A stretch of 64,000 nt of DNA from an uncultured Ignavibacteriales bacterium (GTDB taxonomy: Bacteria > Zixibacteria > MSB-5A5 > GN15 > FEB-12). Under the pieces are notes generated by a model, which was not told the origin of the DNA, did not search any database, and saw only the letters and a program-made list of their open reading frames with translations. The first letter of the stretch is position 1. Each line of letters opens with the position of its first letter. Position numbers and translations under genes: made by a program. Where the stretch lies: assembly GCA_964464605.1 (NCBI GenBank), contig CAYXJN010000003.1, forward strand, positions 248,001 through 312,000, in the 5' to 3' direction. Positions 49,497 through 59,882 of the stretch are shown here, piece by piece.

Positions 49497-50963
49497 TTAC
49501 AGCGTGAAGGCGATAAAGTAACCGGAATCACCGCGAAGAACCCGCAAAAGTACCGTTTCCCCTCTGCGTACTTCGCGTGTCTTGGCATTGAATTCAGATA
49601 ACGATTGAATCGGCTCACGGTTCACCGCGCGGATAACATCCCCTTCCCGCAAACCGTTCTCATATGCTTTACTGTCCGGATCGACATCGGTAACTACCAC
49701 GCCACCCTCGTTTTCATCGACATCATACCGGGCGGCAAGTTCCGGGTCTAAAGGCGCGACGCGGAATCCTAACTGCGGAGTACGTCCTTCGGCGGAAGCC
49801 AGAGCGTCATCGCTTGGCAATTCACCCAGCGTAATCGTCAACGGAATTTCTTTACTATCCCGGTTAACGGTCAACTTTACCGAAGTACCCGGAGCGGTTT
49901 CGGCAATCATGTTACGAAGTTGCGTCGAGTTGCGGATACTCTGATTATTCACTTTGACGATAATATCTTCCGCTTCCAAACCGGCCCGTTCGGCAGGACT
50001 ATCTTTCAAAATATCACTGACCAGCGCGCCCTGAGTTGAGGAAAGTTTCATCGCCCGTGCGACATCATCGGAAATACTTTGAATCGACACACCCATCCAG
50101 CCGCGTACAACTTTACCGTTGTCAATCAACGATTGCATGACATGGGAAGCCATATTGATCGGTACGGCAAACCCGATCCCTTCAAACCCGCCGCTTCGCG
50201 TAGCAATGGCGGCATTAATACCGACTAACTCACCGTCCAAATTGATAAGTGCACCGCCGGAATTACCCGGATTAATAGCGGCATCAGTCTGGATAAAATC
50301 TTCATAGTCAGCCAAGCCGACATTGCTGCGGCCGATGGCGCTGACAATGCCGGAGGTAACGGTATGAGCAAGGTTGCCGCTCAAAGGGGAACCGATAGCC
50401 ATGACCATTTCGCCGACCCGGAGCTCATCCGAGTTCCCTTTTGGAACCGGCGTTAACCCGGTAGCCTCTACTTTGATTACCGCGATGTCAGTTTTAGGAT
50501 CGGTACCGATGACTTTCGCCGAATAGTTTTTTCCGTCACCGGTGCGGACCATAATAGAATCGGCTTCATCGACGACATGATTGTTCGTCAGGATATAGCC
50601 GTCCGAAGTCATAATAATTCCGGAACCTAGCCCGCGTTCCCGAAAATCACGACCGGGCGTCTGCCCGCCGAAAAATTGATCGAACATCCCGTTGAACGGA
50701 TCATTCTGTCTTCCCCGTGAACGCGGTTGTGATATTTTTTCGGTGAAAACCGTCACGACGCTCGGAGTTGCTATTTCTGCAATGTCTATAAACGCCGCGT
50801 TTAAATCACGAAGAGAATTTAAGGGACGGTCTGCCGCTGTTTGCGCGCTCTTCTGAGTAGTCTGTCCTTGCAGCTGCATTGGAGACAAACCGGTGAAAGC
50901 TAAAATGCCTGCCGTCAACGTCAATGCAGGGACAAAGAAATAAAACAATCTTTTGTACAACAC
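49497..50963 (-). CDS. HtrA/DegP-DegQ serine protease with two PDZ domains
   Basis: LTNNHVV, TDIAV, QTDAAINPGNSGG. AAGGAG precedes GTG 50963. Confidence 0.95.
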   Translation of the reverse strand: MLYKRLFYFFVPALTLTAGILAFTGLSPMQLQGQTTQKSAQTAADRPLNSLRDLNAAFIDIAEIATPSVVTVFTEKISQPRSRGRQNDPFNGMFDQFFGGQTPGRDFRERGLGSGIIMTSDGYILTNNHVVDEADSIMVRTGDGKNYSAKVIGTDPKTDIAVIKVEATGLTPVPKGNSDELRVGEMVMAIGSPLSGNLAHTVTSGIVSAIGRSNVGLADYEDFIQTDAAINPGNSGGALINLDGELVGINAAIATRSGGFEGIGFAVPINMASHVMQSLIDNGKVVRGWMGVSIQSISDDVARAMKLSSTQGALVSDILKDSPAERAGLEAEDIIVKVNNQSIRNSTQLRNMIAETAPGTSVKLTVNRDSKEIPLTITLGELPSDDALASAEGRTPQLGFRVAPLDPELAARYDVDENEGGVVVTDVDPDSKAYENGLREGDVIRAVNREPIQSLSEFNAKTREVRRGETVLLRVLRGDSGYFIAFTL

Positions 50964-51058
50964 GTCTGGACTCCTTTTTCCAGTTACGGGTCTTTGACCC
51001 AATTACACTATCTGTGAGTATGATACCACCGGAACCGGTAGGAGTTTCACGATAACTG

Positions 51059-52471
51059 TTAAGACTCGTTAATGTCGCAGTTTTCCCGCTGCCGGGCGAT
51101 TACACCCATAAAAAAGGCCATTGTCAGTCCGGTTTGCCCCCACATCCAGCCAGCTTCCACAAATGCAGTTACCAGAAAAATAATGGCGACAAACAGTATT
51201 GCTAACGAAGCTCCGGCAGACCTGCCAAAGCGGCTCCACTGCCAACTTTGCCAACTGTAACGGAATGCGGCTACAAAGAGGGCTATTACCGTTATCCCAC
51301 CGACAATTCCGGTTTCAGCGAGGTAATGCAAAAAGAGGTTATGCGAGGAAAACCCGCGCACCCAGAAATAGTAATAGTTGAGCGCGAGTTCCGGATAGAG
51401 ATCGATAATAGAACGGAAATTCCCCGGCCCGATACCTAAAAAGGGATGGTCCGAAAACGCATGAAATGCCGCCGACCAAAGTGCGGAGCGGGGAACATAG
51501 CTGTCTCCTAATCTTCCGCCGCCTAAGGCGACGTCGAAACGTTGGGTAATCCCCAAAAACAGTTCCGGTTTGATTGCAAGAAACAGAAGTGCAGCAGCCA
51601 AACCACCCAAAAGCAATACACGCAGCCGCTTGGTAACTAAACCATCGATAGTCTGAATCCTGTTTTTTCTCGACTGCCACCAGACATAGAGCAGTAACGC
51701 CGCGCTATGCACTACCGCAAGACCGATAGATAGGCGGGATTGGGTGGCAATCAATCCCAAGGTGACGAGTACAAGTCCGACAACGTACCAAAACGTTTTT
51801 CCCCGCTCGGCATACAGATACAAAGCCAGACCCAAAGGAAGTGAGAGCATAGAGAAATCATCAAACGTCAGATGCGTCCATCCGAACGAGCGGGTTTCAC
51901 CCCCGGTAGCAAGAAATTTGAATATCCCGGGAAGCGCAAAAAGAGCACAAAAAGCAAAAAAGAGTTTTGCCGCAAAGGCAAATCCTGTTCGCCGGGTGAG
52001 TTGGTACACCGAAAGAAATACAGCAATTATCATCAGCAGACGGGCAAACGAGGAAAGCCCGAGTTCCGGTCGCGTCGATGCCAGCGAGGCGATAAACACC
52101 ACTACCAAAAGCGCGACGAAACACCCGGTGAGACGCACGAATGATTTTGGAAGCGTTCGCCCTAACAAGAAATCGACAAGGGCGGCTGCTATTACCAAAG
52201 CGCTGCCGACATCGGCGAGGTTGAGCGACGTGCTGACAAACACCTGTAGCCGAAAAAAAAGCGTGAACATAAACAGCGCGAGCGTTACGCGCGGGAAAGC
52301 AATGACGACGAACAGGGCCGGAGCCGCCAGACAGGATGCCGCTAAGGTGAATCGCTCGTTAATCAGTGCATAACCGAACAAAGCTGCATACAAACCGATC
52401 AACAGAATCAGATACCGTGTGAGCGAAACCTGATTTTTTTCCAGAAAAAGTGTAGCCGATGAGGAATTCAC
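51059..52471 (-). CDS. O-antigen ligase / O-oligosaccharyltransferase family membrane protein
   Basis: Multi-TM protein with TQSR, R..LW..A..HPFLGIGPGNF and HNLFL..LAETGIVG. Confidence 0.85.
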   Translation of the reverse strand: MNSSSATLFLEKNQVSLTRYLILLIGLYAALFGYALINERFTLAASCLAAPALFVVIAFPRVTLALFMFTLFFRLQVFVSTSLNLADVGSALVIAAALVDFLLGRTLPKSFVRLTGCFVALLVVVFIASLASTRPELGLSSFARLLMIIAVFLSVYQLTRRTGFAFAAKLFFAFCALFALPGIFKFLATGGETRSFGWTHLTFDDFSMLSLPLGLALYLYAERGKTFWYVVGLVLVTLGLIATQSRLSIGLAVVHSAALLLYVWWQSRKNRIQTIDGLVTKRLRVLLLGGLAAALLFLAIKPELFLGITQRFDVALGGGRLGDSYVPRSALWSAAFHAFSDHPFLGIGPGNFRSIIDLYPELALNYYYFWVRGFSSHNLFLHYLAETGIVGGITVIALFVAAFRYSWQSWQWSRFGRSAGASLAILFVAIIFLVTAFVEAGWMWGQTGLTMAFFMGVIARQRENCDINES

Positions 52472-52866
52472 CCTGAATCACTCATCTTTTGCAAAAAAAT
52501 TTTTGTCATCGTTTCCAAAGTATTTACACGCGCCGTTTATTTCAACTCGTTTCCTTCGCATTCAAGCGATCTATGGTGAACGCCCTCTACACCAGCTCGT
52601 AAACCGTTGAATTTCAATGCCTTATATTGCTGCGCCTTGCGATTGTCGTTCTTGCAATTTGCATGAACTGCGAGTCAGTCATCATGCGAAATGAGAAAAT
52701 CGACGAATCGAGAAATCATGAAAACTTAAAAAATCTGGACCGAAGTAAGCTCTTGGGCTAAAGGGTTTTAAGGAATGAGACGATGTAATGAGCAGAATAA
52801 CCCAGTGAACGGACACAGCCATTGATCCAGTTCACGTAACGTTTGTACTAAACAAAGGAGTCTATC

Positions 52867-53256
52867 ATGGCTATGCGCCGTAACTCATTCCGCTCAACCA
52901 GCAGCCGCCGTGGCAATTCACGCAGCAAAAACAACCGTCAGTGGTCACGTCAGGAAATTTCCTTTATGCGGAAATTCTATCGCAGCTATCCGACCACCTG
53001 GTGCGCCCGTCAGCTTGGTCGTACGGTCTATTCCGTCCGTTACAAAGCTGTCGATCTGAACATCAAGAAGGCGAATCCGTCGGTCTGGAAGAGCAACGGC
53101 AAGGGTTCTTCATTCAATACCGGCTTTAACCGCAACTTCAACGGTACCACCTCACGTCGTTCTTCTTCCCGTCGTGGTACCTCCCGCAGCTATCGCGCCT
53201 ACGGCCGTGGTGGTCGTCGTACCACCGGTCGTTCTACTGGCCGTTACTCTCGCTAA
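52867..53256 (+). CDS. Small highly basic protein: Myb/SANT-like HTH core with Arg/Ser/Gly-rich tails
   Basis: AAGGAG RBS, WS.QEI.FMR..Y.....ARQLGRT..SVR.KA..L motif and a strong terminator downstream. Confidence 0.8.
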   Translation: MAMRRNSFRSTSSRRGNSRSKNNRQWSRQEISFMRKFYRSYPTTWCARQLGRTVYSVRYKAVDLNIKKANPSVWKSNGKGSSFNTGFNRNFNGTTSRRSSSRRGTSRSYRAYGRGGRRTTGRSTGRYSR

Positions 53257-53288
53257 ACAGAGAGCATCAATTCGCGACTCCGTCGCAT

Positions 53289-53325
53289 AAAAAACCCGCT
53301 TTGAAAAAAGCGGGTTTTTGTTTTT
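53289..53325 (+). terminator. Intrinsic terminator
   Basis: AAAAACCCGCTT..AAGCGGGTTTTT hairpin followed by a further T-tract. Confidence 0.88.
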
Positions 53326-53379
53326 AGGCATTTCGAAGGCGCCATTCGTCATATATATTAACGAACGGGCAATCTAAAT

Positions 53380-54375
53380 ATGATTTGTACAAATTATAGC
53401 GGTTGTAAAAAGGGAAAGGCTTTTGTCCTTATAAGCTTCTTATTGTTCCTTATTTGCTCAATATCGGCGCAAGCTACCGTCAGAGGAAAAGCAATTGAAC
53501 CGGTCCAAATGTCGTATGACCAGATTTACCAACGAATAATAACTACATGGGAATCCTTAGAAGAAAGGAGTGCATATACTGAAAATTCCCTCATCGATAC
53601 ACTGTTTGTTGATCAAAAACAAACCGTCCATGCTTTTAGTATACCAATGATCAGACAGGAGGATATTTCTCCTAAAGAAGCACAATTTGTTACTACTATT
53701 GTTTCATTTCTGGAGAATGTAAAGACTGTTTGGAAACCTACAACACGAGCCGTACCACTATATAGTGATGCTTCTGATGAATTGTTTGACGTTCTGTATG
53801 AAAACGCAGATAAAAACAATTCACTTCCTAAAATACCGATAAAATGCTACTCAAATCAAAGTGGGGACATGACCATCAGTGAATACCCTGAACTCACTAT
53901 AGATAATGACAGAGCGGTAGTGATACAAAATCAATTACGTAAGACACATGGCTACACGATAACACACTTAAAACTTATAGGAAGCGGCTGGTTTATTGTG
54001 TCTTTCAAAGAGACAGCAGAAAAAGCAAAAGAGCGTGCCCAACGAGCTAATGACACAAAAAAAGCGTTTCTTGATGCTTATTACAACATCATGACTTCTT
54101 CAGAAAACGCACAGTTCATTGTTTTCAATCGTCCATACTCAAAGGTGACTATAAAGCAATTTTTTGAAAAGCGCTCTGAGTATGCACCGCAGAGCGTTTT
54201 CTCTGGATATCCGTCACGATTATTTTTCTGCTTCGGCGTCCCTGAATTCAATAACTATGATTATTCTTTGCAGGACATCAGCGCTTTTCTCCAAAGTAAT
54301 TTATCTCAAATTGTGAATCGGGCACTTAACGGATTTGTTACTCACAACTCTTCCAGCGTACTATATTCAAAGTAA
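53380..54375 (+). CDS. Hypothetical exported protein, AT-rich orphan
   Basis: 331-codon ORF with a hydrophobic N-terminus ending AQA. No family recognised. Confidence 0.6.
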   Translation: MICTNYSGCKKGKAFVLISFLLFLICSISAQATVRGKAIEPVQMSYDQIYQRIITTWESLEERSAYTENSLIDTLFVDQKQTVHAFSIPMIRQEDISPKEAQFVTTIVSFLENVKTVWKPTTRAVPLYSDASDELFDVLYENADKNNSLPKIPIKCYSNQSGDMTISEYPELTIDNDRAVVIQNQLRKTHGYTITHLKLIGSGWFIVSFKETAEKAKERAQRANDTKKAFLDAYYNIMTSSENAQFIVFNRPYSKVTIKQFFEKRSEYAPQSVFSGYPSRLFFCFGVPEFNNYDYSLQDISAFLQSNLSQIVNRALNGFVTHNSSSVLYSK

Positions 54376-54385
54376 GGTTCTTGCT

Positions 54386-56089
54386 TTAGTCCCGTTTCAA
54401 TCCCAATAACTCCCACAACAACGCCGGGGGAACACTTCCCTGCGCCAACACAGCATCATGAAATTTTTTGAGCGTAAACGAATCCCCATCCCGTTTTTTC
54501 ATCGCCTCGCGTAACGCCATCAACTCCCGTTTGCCGACCAAATACGACATCTGAATAGTCGGATTGAGCGAATAGCGGCGAACTTCTTTTCTAAAATACT
54601 CCTGATCAGATTCCGATTTCGCCTCCAGCACATCTATCAGCCAATCGACGCACTGGTCATACGTAAATTGTCCGGTATGCAGTTTAACATCCGCGACAAT
54701 CCGCGCTGCCCGAAACCGGATGCCCCCTAAAATCCCCAGCCATTGCGCCGGGTCCTCTTTGCCGAACAAACCGGCATGGTACATCATTTCTTCGCAGTAC
54801 AACGCCCAGCCTTCCATCAGCATGGTATTCGATTGCCATTTGCGGATAACATCCGGGTTTCCTGAGGCTAACTGCGTCTGCAGATGATGCCCTGGATACG
54901 CCTCATGCACCACCGATCCACGGAATCCACGGCGATGGACAAACCGGTAGCGAGCTTCAAGCTGCACTCGGTCGAGACTATCAGGAATCGGGCGGATATA
55001 AAAAATCCCGACCCCGTTTGAATCGAACGGTCCGCACGGCTGATAGGCAATTCCGGCGCGAATCGGCCGCATATACATCGGCGTTTCCTGCACAATTACC
55101 GAGGCAATATCCTCCGGAATACTGATTAAATCATGCGAGCTGATAAAATACTTAACTTGATTTACTTCCCAATCGTAATAATCAATCAGGTCTTCCCGCG
55201 TGAACTGCATCGGTACATAGACAGAATCTAACCCCGATGGGTGCGTCATGTCGGCAGTGGCCTGAAAATCGGAATAGGCTTTCCGGGCATCGGCAAGCAG
55301 ACTCTCTCCGATTTTCAAAAGAGAATCTGAACCGTACGGTAAAAAGTATTCATGCTTGAGTTTGTAATCGAAATTTGCTTTACCGATAGCAAACGAGGTC
55401 GGTGCACCGGTTGGGACTTTATCCAAAAATGCGCCGAAATCATTGAGCGCTTCCTGTGCATCCTGCGAAAGTTTGGCAAGCATCGTCGCCTGAAGCGGGA
55501 ACACTTCAATCAAAGTAGTGGTCGTCTGCTTATAAAAATCGATAATCGGTTCGACCGATTCGATCGCAATATCGACATACACCGGCGGCGGCAGTTTGAT
55601 ATTCTTTTGCGCGGTGGCAAGCAGACCGGGCACAGAGCGCATCCGGCCTATTACGGCATCGATATTGACATGGGATGAATCCGGCTCGCCGACCAAATAG
55701 ACTAATCCGTACAAAACTTCATCGAGATATAGTGACGGTGAAGTCCGATACCAGCGCAGGGTTTCCAAATCAAGTAAAGTCGATTCGACGTTAGAAAGCA
55801 TCAGCTTGTATCGAACCGATTCCTCGACTCCTTTGGCTGCCGCCTGCCCTTTTTGAATCCGGGTCTTGAGCCCGTTCAGTTTACCGATCATTTTGCTTAT
55901 TGAGCCGGAGGAATAATCGGCCAGTTGTTTGTCGTAGGTATGAATCCCCTGCGAAGTCGCCGTCACCGGATAAAACGAAGCGATAGTCTGAATGACTTCT
56001 TCTTCCAGTGTAATTTTGGATTTGGGGGCGGGAAGAACAGTGAGCGGTAGCAAGGCACAGATTAGACAGAAGCAGAGAGCTTTCTTCAT
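54386..56089 (-). CDS. DUF885-family exported metallopeptidase-like protein
   Basis: HEAYPGHHLQ, EGWALYCE, RAARIVADVKLH, EVRRY, FHDAVL..GSVP. Confidence 0.9.
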   Translation of the reverse strand: MKKALCFCLICALLPLTVLPAPKSKITLEEEVIQTIASFYPVTATSQGIHTYDKQLADYSSGSISKMIGKLNGLKTRIQKGQAAAKGVEESVRYKLMLSNVESTLLDLETLRWYRTSPSLYLDEVLYGLVYLVGEPDSSHVNIDAVIGRMRSVPGLLATAQKNIKLPPPVYVDIAIESVEPIIDFYKQTTTTLIEVFPLQATMLAKLSQDAQEALNDFGAFLDKVPTGAPTSFAIGKANFDYKLKHEYFLPYGSDSLLKIGESLLADARKAYSDFQATADMTHPSGLDSVYVPMQFTREDLIDYYDWEVNQVKYFISSHDLISIPEDIASVIVQETPMYMRPIRAGIAYQPCGPFDSNGVGIFYIRPIPDSLDRVQLEARYRFVHRRGFRGSVVHEAYPGHHLQTQLASGNPDVIRKWQSNTMLMEGWALYCEEMMYHAGLFGKEDPAQWLGILGGIRFRAARIVADVKLHTGQFTYDQCVDWLIDVLEAKSESDQEYFRKEVRRYSLNPTIQMSYLVGKRELMALREAMKKRDGDSFTLKKFHDAVLAQGSVPPALLWELLGLKRD

Positions 56090-56160
56090 GCGTGATTTCC
56101 TTATAGCTCTGTTTTGCGCTAAGGTACGCTTAGAGGCTTTCCGATGGCAAAGAAAATTTG

Positions 56161-57546
56161 CTAACGGGTAAAGAGGCCGACGACTTCAATATGCATCGTA
56201 TGCGGGAACATGTCGACCGGGGTCACCGGGGACATCGTATAATCGGTATCGACAAACGTACGGGCATCGCGGGCGAACGTGGCCGGATTACAGGAAATAT
56301 AGAGCAGTTTCGACGGCTTGATAGCACAGAGCTGTTTGACCGCTTTCGGATGAAGCCCGGCGCGTGGCGGATCGATGATAATTGCGTCGAACATTCTGTG
56401 TTCGTCCGGATTGGCCAACAGAAATGCTTTTACATCACCGTGAAAAAAGGTCGCGTTCGTGATATTGTTCAAACGGGCATTTTCATTGGCGGCAGTGATA
56501 GCGTCGGCAACTAACTCAACCCCGACTACCTCCTGCACATTGTCACTCAGCAATAACCCGATTGTGCCGGTTCCGCAATACAAGTCAAGAATCCGATCGG
56601 TCTTTTTTGCATCAAGCAACTGAGCAGCGAAGGAAAAAAGTTTTTCCGCCTGTAATGAGTTTGTCTGAAAAAATGAGTTAGCGCGAATACGAAACCGTTT
56701 TCCGAGCAGCTCCTCTTCAATAAAGCCTTCTCCCCACAACACCACTTCCCGTTCGCTAATAGCAGCATTTGACTTGGTGCTGTTTTCATTGTGGAGAATG
56801 GTAGTAATCGCCGGGACTGCCTTACGAAGTGAAACGACAAATGCTTTCGCATCCGGAAAGTCACCCCGATGGGTGACAATATTGACCATTATTTGTCCGG
56901 TACGTTTTGCCTGACGAATAATTACAAAACGGACATACCCGACATGGTTGACTAAATCATAGACGGGAATATTATGCGATTTTATGAACTCTCGAATCGT
57001 TTTGACGATTGTATTCGATTCCGGTGATTCCAGATGACAGGCTTCCAGATCGAATATCTCGTCGAACGCACCCCGTTTGTGCAGTCCGACAACGAATCCT
57101 TTTTCTTCATCGGTGTGGAACGAGAACTCCATTTTGTTGCGGTAATAGAATTGCTCATCTGTTCCTATCGGTTCCGTTACAACCGGTGACTCGAATTTCC
57201 CGATTCGTTCAAGGCAATCGACGACTTGTTTTTGCTTGTATTGCAGTTGCGATTCATACGACAAATCCTGCCAGGTGCAGCCGCCGCAAATACCGAAATG
57301 CTCGCACGGCGCAGGTCTTCTCAATGATGAGGGAGTGATTATTTTTTTGACGCGGCCATGCAGATACCGCGCTTTGATCCGGACAACTTCCGCCTGAACC
57401 GTTTCCCCCGGCAGCCCGCCGTTTAGGAAAACGACTTTGCCGTCTAAATGCCCCACCGCTTTGCCGTCGAAAGCCAAATCAACGACATCGACATTTATCA
57501 ACTGGCCGAGCGATGTTTCTGCTCCTGAACCTGCTTCTACTCCCAT
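56161..57546 (-). CDS. rlmD: 23S rRNA m5U1939 methyltransferase
   Basis: TRAM domain, C..FG.CGGC, YRNKMEF, SFFQTN, DLYCG.G, DPPRAG, YISCNP, DMFPHT. Confidence 0.93.
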   Translation of the reverse strand: MGVEAGSGAETSLGQLINVDVVDLAFDGKAVGHLDGKVVFLNGGLPGETVQAEVVRIKARYLHGRVKKIITPSSLRRPAPCEHFGICGGCTWQDLSYESQLQYKQKQVVDCLERIGKFESPVVTEPIGTDEQFYYRNKMEFSFHTDEEKGFVVGLHKRGAFDEIFDLEACHLESPESNTIVKTIREFIKSHNIPVYDLVNHVGYVRFVIIRQAKRTGQIMVNIVTHRGDFPDAKAFVVSLRKAVPAITTILHNENSTKSNAAISEREVVLWGEGFIEEELLGKRFRIRANSFFQTNSLQAEKLFSFAAQLLDAKKTDRILDLYCGTGTIGLLLSDNVQEVVGVELVADAITAANENARLNNITNATFFHGDVKAFLLANPDEHRMFDAIIIDPPRAGLHPKAVKQLCAIKPSKLLYISCNPATFARDARTFVDTDYTMSPVTPVDMFPHTMHIEVVGLFTR

Positions 57547-58448
57547 AGATGCTTTTTCGTGTGATGCAGCTGCTCGCACTCGTATTGGTTGCTTTTTTCA
57601 ACCTGAATCGTGCCATGACCGATATCGAACTGTTCACGGAGCATTTTGTTGATGGCGATAATAACATCTGGCCCGTCGCCGTAATCAGCTTCATCTAAAA
57701 GAATATGGCATGACAGCGCGATTTCAGTCGACGACAACGACCAGATATGCAGATCATGCACCCCTTTGACTTTCGGCATCGCTTCGATTCGCGTCCAGAC
57801 TTCATCGAAATTGATTCCCTTGGGAACTGCTTCCAAAAATATCATGGTCGCTTCATGGATGACTTTGTAGGATGACCAGAGAATCATGAAACCTATCAGA
57901 CAGGAAAGAATCGGGTCAATGATCGTCAAATCGGTTGTAAAGATAAGAATACCGCCTATAATAACGCCGACCGATGAAAGCGCGTCATAGAGCATATGCA
58001 GCCATGCCGCTTTCATGTTCAATGATTTCCCCTTTTCCGAATGCAGCATCCAGATAGAAAGTAGATTCCCCAACAATCCGATAGTAGCAACGGTCAGTAA
58101 AATCCAGGGATCATTAATCTCCTGCGGATGCTTGAACCGGTCGTAGGCTTCAATAAAGATCAAAACGGAGATAACGACCAAGGAAACAGCCGAAATAAGC
58201 GCGGTTAATACCTCAAGCCGTTTGAAACCGTATGTTGTGCGCTTAGTAGCCGGCAAGTCCGCCCCTTTTGCCCCCAACCAGGCTAATACGAGAGCACCGA
58301 CATCGGAAAGGTTATGAACTGCATCCGCTAAAAGCGCAAGATAACCGGTCATCAACCCACCGATGATTTCCGCGATGGTAATCATCAGATTGAACAGCAT
58401 GACCCAAAACAGCCTGCTTCGGTCAACGGTACGGGAATGAATATGCAT
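57537..58448 (-). CDS. Cation diffusion facilitator (CzcD/ZitB-like)
   Basis: ALLADAVHNLSD, TYGFKRLE, LNMKAAWLH..D, VHDLHIW. Confidence 0.93.
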   Translation of the reverse strand: MHIHSRTVDRSRLFWVMLFNLMITIAEIIGGLMTGYLALLADAVHNLSDVGALVLAWLGAKGADLPATKRTTYGFKRLEVLTALISAVSLVVISVLIFIEAYDRFKHPQEINDPWILLTVATIGLLGNLLSIWMLHSEKGKSLNMKAAWLHMLYDALSSVGVIIGGILIFTTDLTIIDPILSCLIGFMILWSSYKVIHEATMIFLEAVPKGINFDEVWTRIEAMPKVKGVHDLHIWSLSSTEIALSCHILLDEADYGDGPDVIIAINKMLREQFDIGHGTIQVEKSNQYECEQLHHTKKHLWE

Positions 58449-58508
58449 TAACGGAAAGCTTTCAACATGCGTGTCATGCTATAATATACGCGCTTGGAAC
58501 GAGAAAAA

Positions 58509-59828
58509 TTAGTCTGTTTTTGATTCAGTCGACGGCAGTTTTTCGAGCTTCAAACGGGTAAGACGATTCTTTTCTTTTTTCAGCACAGTTATCCGGACTT
58601 CTTCCACTTCAATCTGCTCGTTTGTTTCCGGCACACGCCCGAGATGATCGATCACCAATCCGGCCAGCGTGTCGACCTCTTCAAAACGAAGCTGGGTTCC
58701 CAGCATTTCATTTATCGCCCCGGGCCAGACAGAACCATCGGCAAAAGCGACGGTATCAGAATGTTTCACCAGTGGCGTCGACTCGGTGTCGTATTCATCC
58801 TGAATTTCCCCGACCAACTCTTCCAGAATATCTTCGAAGGTAATAACACCGGCTGTTCCGCCGAATTCATCGAGAGCAACGGCAAAGTGCGCTTTCTTTT
58901 TCTGAAATTCATTGAGCAACCGGGAAAGCCGCATTGATTCAGGGACAAACATCGGCTTGCGAAGCAGGTCTTTTAACACGATGAGATACGGATCCATCTT
59001 CTGGTAAATCAGGTCTTTGGTGTACAAAATCCCGACGATATTATCGATACTTTTTTCATACACCGGATACCGGCTATACCCGTGCTCGGTGATAAGATGA
59101 ATAATTTTTTGCGGCGGTGTGGTGGCATCTATACCGATGACATCGGTTCTTGGTGTCATCGCGCGGCGAACAGTGGAATCGCCGAATTCGAACACGGAAC
59201 GCACTAATTTTTCTTCGACTTCATCGAAATGTCCGTGATGTTTCCCTTCTAAAATCATCAGGTTGATTTCCTCTTCCGTCACCATATTGCCGCTTTTATT
59301 GCTTTTAACGCCGAAGAGCCTGAGAATAAACACGGCAACGCCGGAGAGCGCCTGCGAAATAAACGAGGTGCATTTGATAAAAATATGAATCGGCCGCGCG
59401 ACAAAAATCGCCCAGCTTTCCGGATGTGAAAGGGCCAGATATTTGGGAATCAATTCACCGAGCACCACCGATGCGACACTGATCGCCAGCGCCACGGAAA
59501 TCATTGCAATCAACCGCGCGCCATGGGCGATAAACTCAATAGATACCGTCGATAAGGTCGCTTCTAATTTACTGACTATCCCTGCGCCGCCGAATACACC
59601 GGCAAGGGTACCCAAAAGCGTAATACCGACCTGGACAGTCGCAAGAAACTTTTCCGGATTTTGACTAAGCTGCTCGGCGATAGAGGCGCCGGCTTTTCCT
59701 TCCCGCGCCTTTTGCCTGAGTTTGGTTTTTCGGCTGGCGATAACAGAGAATTCAGAGAGCGCAAAAAAACCATTCGCCAGTATCAAAACGACAATGGCGA
59801 TGATTTCGTAGGATAATCGACCCTCCAC
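58509..59828 (-). CDS. CNNM/CBS/CorC hemolysin-family protein
   Basis: NGFFALSE, FLATVQVGIT, GELIPK, MTPR, YSRYPV, DEFGG..G.IT.EDILEE.VGEI.DEYD. Confidence 0.93.
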   Translation of the reverse strand: MEGRLSYEIIAIVVLILANGFFALSEFSVIASRKTKLRQKAREGKAGASIAEQLSQNPEKFLATVQVGITLLGTLAGVFGGAGIVSKLEATLSTVSIEFIAHGARLIAMISVALAISVASVVLGELIPKYLALSHPESWAIFVARPIHIFIKCTSFISQALSGVAVFILRLFGVKSNKSGNMVTEEEINLMILEGKHHGHFDEVEEKLVRSVFEFGDSTVRRAMTPRTDVIGIDATTPPQKIIHLITEHGYSRYPVYEKSIDNIVGILYTKDLIYQKMDPYLIVLKDLLRKPMFVPESMRLSRLLNEFQKKKAHFAVALDEFGGTAGVITFEDILEELVGEIQDEYDTESTPLVKHSDTVAFADGSVWPGAINEMLGTQLRFEEVDTLAGLVIDHLGRVPETNEQIEVEEVRITVLKKEKNRLTRLKLEKLPSTESKTD

Positions 59829-59882
59829 CTCTTTTACCTCGCGCTGTTCGGTTGGATGTCAGCTATCAGGTATGCCGATGAA

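Noticed and set aside
53342..53368. dif site or integron attC next to the orphan gene
   Set aside because: The TTCGT..ACGAA palindrome matches XerC/D arms poorly, and no attC core sites flank the gene.
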